Assembly (NCBI GenBank): GCA_963677495.2
Contig: CAXXOU010000003.1
Location: 128,001 to 192,000 of the forward strand
Direction: 5' to 3'
DNA from: Candidatus Cloacimonadales bacterium
Lineage (GTDB): Bacteria > Cloacimonadota > Cloacimonadia > Cloacimonadales > JAFGVF01
Length of the DNA: 64,000 bases
A program made the translations under genes and the position numbers. The notes under the pieces are model-generated. The model was not told the DNA's origin. It searched no databases and was given only the letters and a program-made list of their open reading frames with translations. Shown in pieces: positions 60,630 through 64,000 of this stretch (positions are counted from its first letter, which is position 1; every line of letters starts with the position of its first letter).

Positions 60630-60752
60630 AAATACCTCTTACACATTTTAAAATATATTTATAATTTTCTCTACTTACGTAGAATTAATTCCTACAAATA
60701 TTATAGCCATTCAATCCGGCATGCCAAATTCTTTTTTTTATATTTTTTTGTA

Positions 60753-61778
60753 CTATGCTTTCGGAGGTAAACCTTTTAGCACTTCTCGTGGATTTATCGC
60801 CTTCCCTTTGATTCTATATTCGAAATGCAAATGTGGTGCAGTTGAGTTACCGGTAGCACCAACAGTCGCTATTTGAGCACCCTTTCTAACTTTGTTACCC
60901 AAAGACACTAAGTTCTTCTCATTGTGTGCATAAACAGTCATTACATTATTAGCATGTTCTAGCACAATCACGTTTCCATAACCACGCTGCATACCTTCAA
61001 AAATAACTGTTCCGTCTGTTACTGCTACAATTGGTGTTCCGTAAGGTGCTCCAAAATCTATACCCTTATGTGGTACATTATTTCTAATTCCAAATTCAGA
61101 TGTCACAACTCCTTCTGTCGGAAGTAATAAATCTGTTCTTGTAAAAGTCGGATTTTTCTTACTTACCTTCGGGATACCCATATCTTTAGGTATAGAACCT
61201 TCTCCGATATAGAGCTTCTGACCCACATATATATTATTGCTTGTAAGCTTATTACGTTTTTTTACATCTTTGACAGAAACACTATACTTCTTAGCTATCT
61301 TAGAGATTGTATCCCCTCTTTTAACTTTATAAACCTTTGCCGGCTTCTTTTTAGGCTCCTCATGAGAAACTAGCCAAATCTTTTGTCCTTCAGTTATATA
61401 TGAGTTCTCAAGCTCATTGAAATCTAAGATATCAGTAATTAAAACATCATACATCTTGGAAATTCTGAACAGTGTATCACCTTCCTGCACCGAATGATAA
61501 CCTTCCTTAGGAACTTCTGTCTTTGGATAAGTCTGCACTCTTGGCTTTAGCTTTGCATAAGGCTCAGGGATTTCAAGAATTTGACCGGTTGAGATCTCGT
61601 TGCCCTTGAGTCCGTTTTTGTCTCTAAGCTCTTTGACAGTCAGATTGTATTGTTTACTAATCCTATAAAGGGTTTCTCCCTTTTTAACAGTATGAGTTCG
61701 TGCACAAGCAGTTGTAAAACTATATATTAAAACGAGTGTTATTACTAATCCTTTAATGTTCAATCCGGAATCCTCCAT
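60753..61778 (-). CDS. three-LysM plus M23 peptidase (NlpD-like)
   Basis: Three LysM repeats; HKGID, YAH, PHLHFE. Confidence 0.92.
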   Translation of the reverse strand: MEDSGLNIKGLVITLVLIYSFTTACARTHTVKKGETLYRISKQYNLTVKELRDKNGLKGNEISTGQILEIPEPYAKLKPRVQTYPKTEVPKEGYHSVQEGDTLFRISKMYDVLITDILDFNELENSYITEGQKIWLVSHEEPKKKPAKVYKVKRGDTISKIAKKYSVSVKDVKKRNKLTSNNIYVGQKLYIGEGSIPKDMGIPKVSKKNPTFTRTDLLLPTEGVVTSEFGIRNNVPHKGIDFGAPYGTPIVAVTDGTVIFEGMQRGYGNVIVLEHANNVMTVYAHNEKNLVSLGNKVRKGAQIATVGATGNSTAPHLHFEYRIKGKAINPREVLKGLPPKA

Positions 61779-62046
61779 AAACCTTTTCGGTATGCAATTC
61801 TGTCTTCGTAATCAATTCAATAATACTATAACCGTTTCCAATTCTTAAGCTAAGTATAAAGCTATCCAGCTGACTAAAATCACCTTGTACCTTTATTCTT
61901 ACAGTTCCATCGTACAAGTTCCTAACTGTACCTTTGAAGCCATATTCTTGAGCCTGTCCGCGCACAAACCAGCGAAAACCAACTCCCTGCACGCGACCGG
62001 AAACTATCAGTTCGTATGTTTTTATTCTTGATTTATTACTACACAT
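61753..62046 (-). CDS. acyP: acylphosphatase
   Basis: SGRVQGVGFR, GTVRN..DGTV. Confidence 0.93.
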   Translation of the reverse strand: MCSNKSRIKTYELIVSGRVQGVGFRWFVRGQAQEYGFKGTVRNLYDGTVRIKVQGDFSQLDSFILSLRIGNGYSIIELITKTELHTEKVYGGFRIEH

Positions 62047-62109
62047 CGTATTTAGTAAATAACACTGCTTAAGCCTGTCAAGTTTCTTATAATTTTTATC
62101 TTTGTTAGC

Positions 62110-62149
62110 ATATGGAGCGCACCAACTGCGTAGGTGCGTCTTGTCACGA
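62110..62149 (+). repeat. REP-like hairpin, inverted homolog of the 22261 array unit end
   Basis: Reverse complement tcgtgacaagacgcacctacgcagttggtgcgctccata vs tcgtgacaagacgcaccaacgtagatggtgcactccata. Confidence 0.85.
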
Positions 62150-62190
62150 TGTCACGAAACTCTTAAAGGAGTTCTTTAGAGTGAAGCTTG

Positions 62191-62763
62191 CGAATGTACT
62201 GCGATTCTCCTGATTTGCTGTGCCGACAAAGTCGGCAACTTCCACTGACCGGACATAGAAACCATAAGTATGAACGAAGAGCTAAGTTTTTGATTATACA
62301 TGCCATTACTATTACCAGAGCACGATTGGCTTCCCGAATATAGCTCTAGCGAGCTATGTGCAAGTGGGGACACTTGCACTACGAATGTACTGCGATTCTC
62401 CTGAATTGCTGTGCCGACAAAGTCGGCAACTTCCACTGACCGAACATAGAAACCATAAGTATGAACGAAGAACTAAGTTTATGATTATACATGCCTTTAC
62501 TATTACCAGAGCACGATTGGCTTGCCGAATATAGCTCTAGCGAGCTATGAGCAAGTGGGGACACTTGCACTACGATGTACTGCGATTCCCCTGAATTGCT
62601 GTGCCGACAAAGTCGGCAACTTCCACTGACCGGACATAGAAACCATAAGTATGAACGAAGAGCTAAGTTTATGATTGTACATGCCATCACTATTACCAGA
62701 GCACGATTGGCTTCCCGATTATAGCTCTAGCTAGCTATGTGCAAGTAGGGACACTTGCACTAC
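62191..62763. repeat. tandem array, 3 copies of ~191 bp
   Basis: Units start at 62191, 62382, 62573; hairpins tgccgac/gtcggca, tagctc/gagcta, gtgcaagtg/cacttgcac. Confidence 0.95.
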
Positions 62764-62859
62764 AGATTGCTCCTACCGAGAGTGGTCGGTATAAAAAAAG
62801 AGGAGCACCATTGCTGATAACTCCCCTTTAGGAACCTGAAGTGTTGTTATTAGTAAGAT

Positions 62860-63519
62860 TTATTCATTCTCTTCTTCTAAGTCAGCACCATGTTTTACTT
62901 GGGTACCTGAAGAAGCGTAGATTGTGTCTTCTGCAATGTTTGTTGCTAAATCCGCTATTCGCTCAAAGGCACGAGAGATTCTAACAACATGGAACAACTC
63001 GCTTAAACTATATTCTGAATAGTCCAGTTTAAGGAGATCATTGATAATTTTACGGTTGAGATAATCAACGATATCGTCATCCTCACGAACCTTATTCGCA
63101 AGATCCGGATCCATCTGTGAGATAGCCGAAATTACATTATCAACTATCTTTTTAGTCTCACGACCAATCTTCTCAACATCCTGAATTTCATTGAAGATGG
63201 GTTGATTCATGATTTTATTAGTACTACTTGAAATCTTCTCAGCTAAATCACCGAGTCTTTCAAGGTTTACATTTGTTTTCATGATAGCTACAATTGTTCT
63301 GAGATTACTTGCTTCCGGTTGATTCAAAGCGATTGTATAGATACATTCCTCTTCAAGCTTATTCTCAAGCTCATTAACTTTCTCTTCGTAGGCTTTTATC
63401 TCTTTTGAGTTATCTTGTTTGTCATTTATAGTAACCAAGCAAAGTTCAATCATCTTAGAAACATAACTTGCTTGCTCCATGAGCATCTTCATTAACTTTT
63501 CAAGTCTTCCTTTAATCAT
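62860..63519 (-). CDS. phoU: phosphate signalling protein PhoU
   Basis: QPEASNLR, LERLGDLA, DDIVD, ERIADLATNIAE; ATG 63519 after GGAGG. Confidence 0.95.
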   Translation of the reverse strand: MIKGRLEKLMKMLMEQASYVSKMIELCLVTINDKQDNSKEIKAYEEKVNELENKLEEECIYTIALNQPEASNLRTIVAIMKTNVNLERLGDLAEKISSSTNKIMNQPIFNEIQDVEKIGRETKKIVDNVISAISQMDPDLANKVREDDDIVDYLNRKIINDLLKLDYSEYSLSELFHVVRISRAFERIADLATNIAEDTIYASSGTQVKHGADLEEENE

Positions 63520-63529
63520 TTTCCCTCCC

Positions 63530-64000
63530 TTAACCGAATACACCGGTTAAGTATGCTTCTGTTTTTGGGTTTTCAGGAGAAGTAAACACTTTCTTTGTCT
63601 CTCCGAACTCTATCAAATCACCGAGATACATAAATGCAGTATAGTCAGAAATACGACCGGCTTGTGCAATATTATGAGTAACGATAAGAATTGTCACTTT
63701 ATCTTTAAGTGCAAGACAAAGCTCTTCAATCTTAGCAGTAGATTGTGGATCGAGAGCTGATGTAGGTTCATCAAGAAGAAGCACTTCCGGGTCATTTGCA
63801 AGAGCTCTTGCAATACAAAGACGCTGTTGCTGTCCACCAGAAAGGTTCATAGCTGAGTCATGAAGTCTATCCTTAACCTCATCCCAAATCCAAGCACCTT
63901 TTAGACTCTCTTCAACTTTAGCATCTATCTGCTGTTTGCTCATGCCACCACGAATATGAAGACCGTAAGCAATATTTTTATAGATTGATTTAGGGAAAGG
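63530..64000 (-). CDS. pstB: phosphate ABC transporter ATPase (3' part)
   Basis: [36 protein letters not shown]; upstream of phoU. Confidence 0.96.
   Translation of the reverse strand, partial: PFPKSIYKNIAYGLHIRGGMSKQQIDAKVEESLKGAWIWDEVKDRLHDSAMNLSGGQQQRLCIARALANDPEVLLLDEPTSALDPQSTAKIEELCLALKDKVTILIVTHNIAQAGRISDYTAFMYLGDLIEFGETKKVFTSPENPKTEAYLTGVFG

Noticed and set aside
60709..60727. Sigma54 promoter upstream of the sigma gene (TTGGCATG...TTGA)
   Set aside because: Spacing is GG-N11-GA rather than GG-N10-GC
62176..62690. ORFs over the 191 bp array
   Set aside because: Unit length breaks frame; spurious
62191..62763. CRISPR array or type III toxin-antitoxin repeat
   Set aside because: Units are 191 bp with no variable spacers, and no adjacent cas or toxin gene

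Overview
Low-GC, AT-rich chromosomal segment of a diderm bacterium. Cloacimonadota-like affinity is inferred, not proven, from bamA, four secreted proteins ending in a 'YPNPFNP'-type FlgD/T9SS-like C-terminal domain, and a Bacteroidota-like RpoD-family sigma factor. The window contains the S10 ribosomal protein operon (rpsJ to partial rplN) with a long structured leader; a bamA / radical SAM / ispD / atypical 911-aa glmS-like / ispF cluster; two ECF sigma modules; several large secreted or lipoprotein genes; MarR and TetR-MATE modules; three sensor kinases; a GH130 plus GHL10 pair; a solo groES with a CIRCE; and rlmH, ptb, a LysM-M23 gene next to the sigma factor, acyP, phoU and partial pstB. 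No rRNA, tRNA, CRISPR, integrase, transposase or reverse transcriptase was recognised. The unexplained structure is mostly intergenic: two 3-copy tandem arrays (about 138 and 191 bp units) built from REP-like hairpins, a 1.4 kb mosaic of REPIN/MITE-like palindromes, a dispersed ~147 bp repeat with paired inverted DnaA boxes, ~11-nt periodic tracts, and a decayed four-helix-bundle gene bracketed by inverted short repeats. Three genes are split by frameshifts. One unlisted small gene (OadG-related) was found. All family calls come from motif recognition by eye; no database searches were run.
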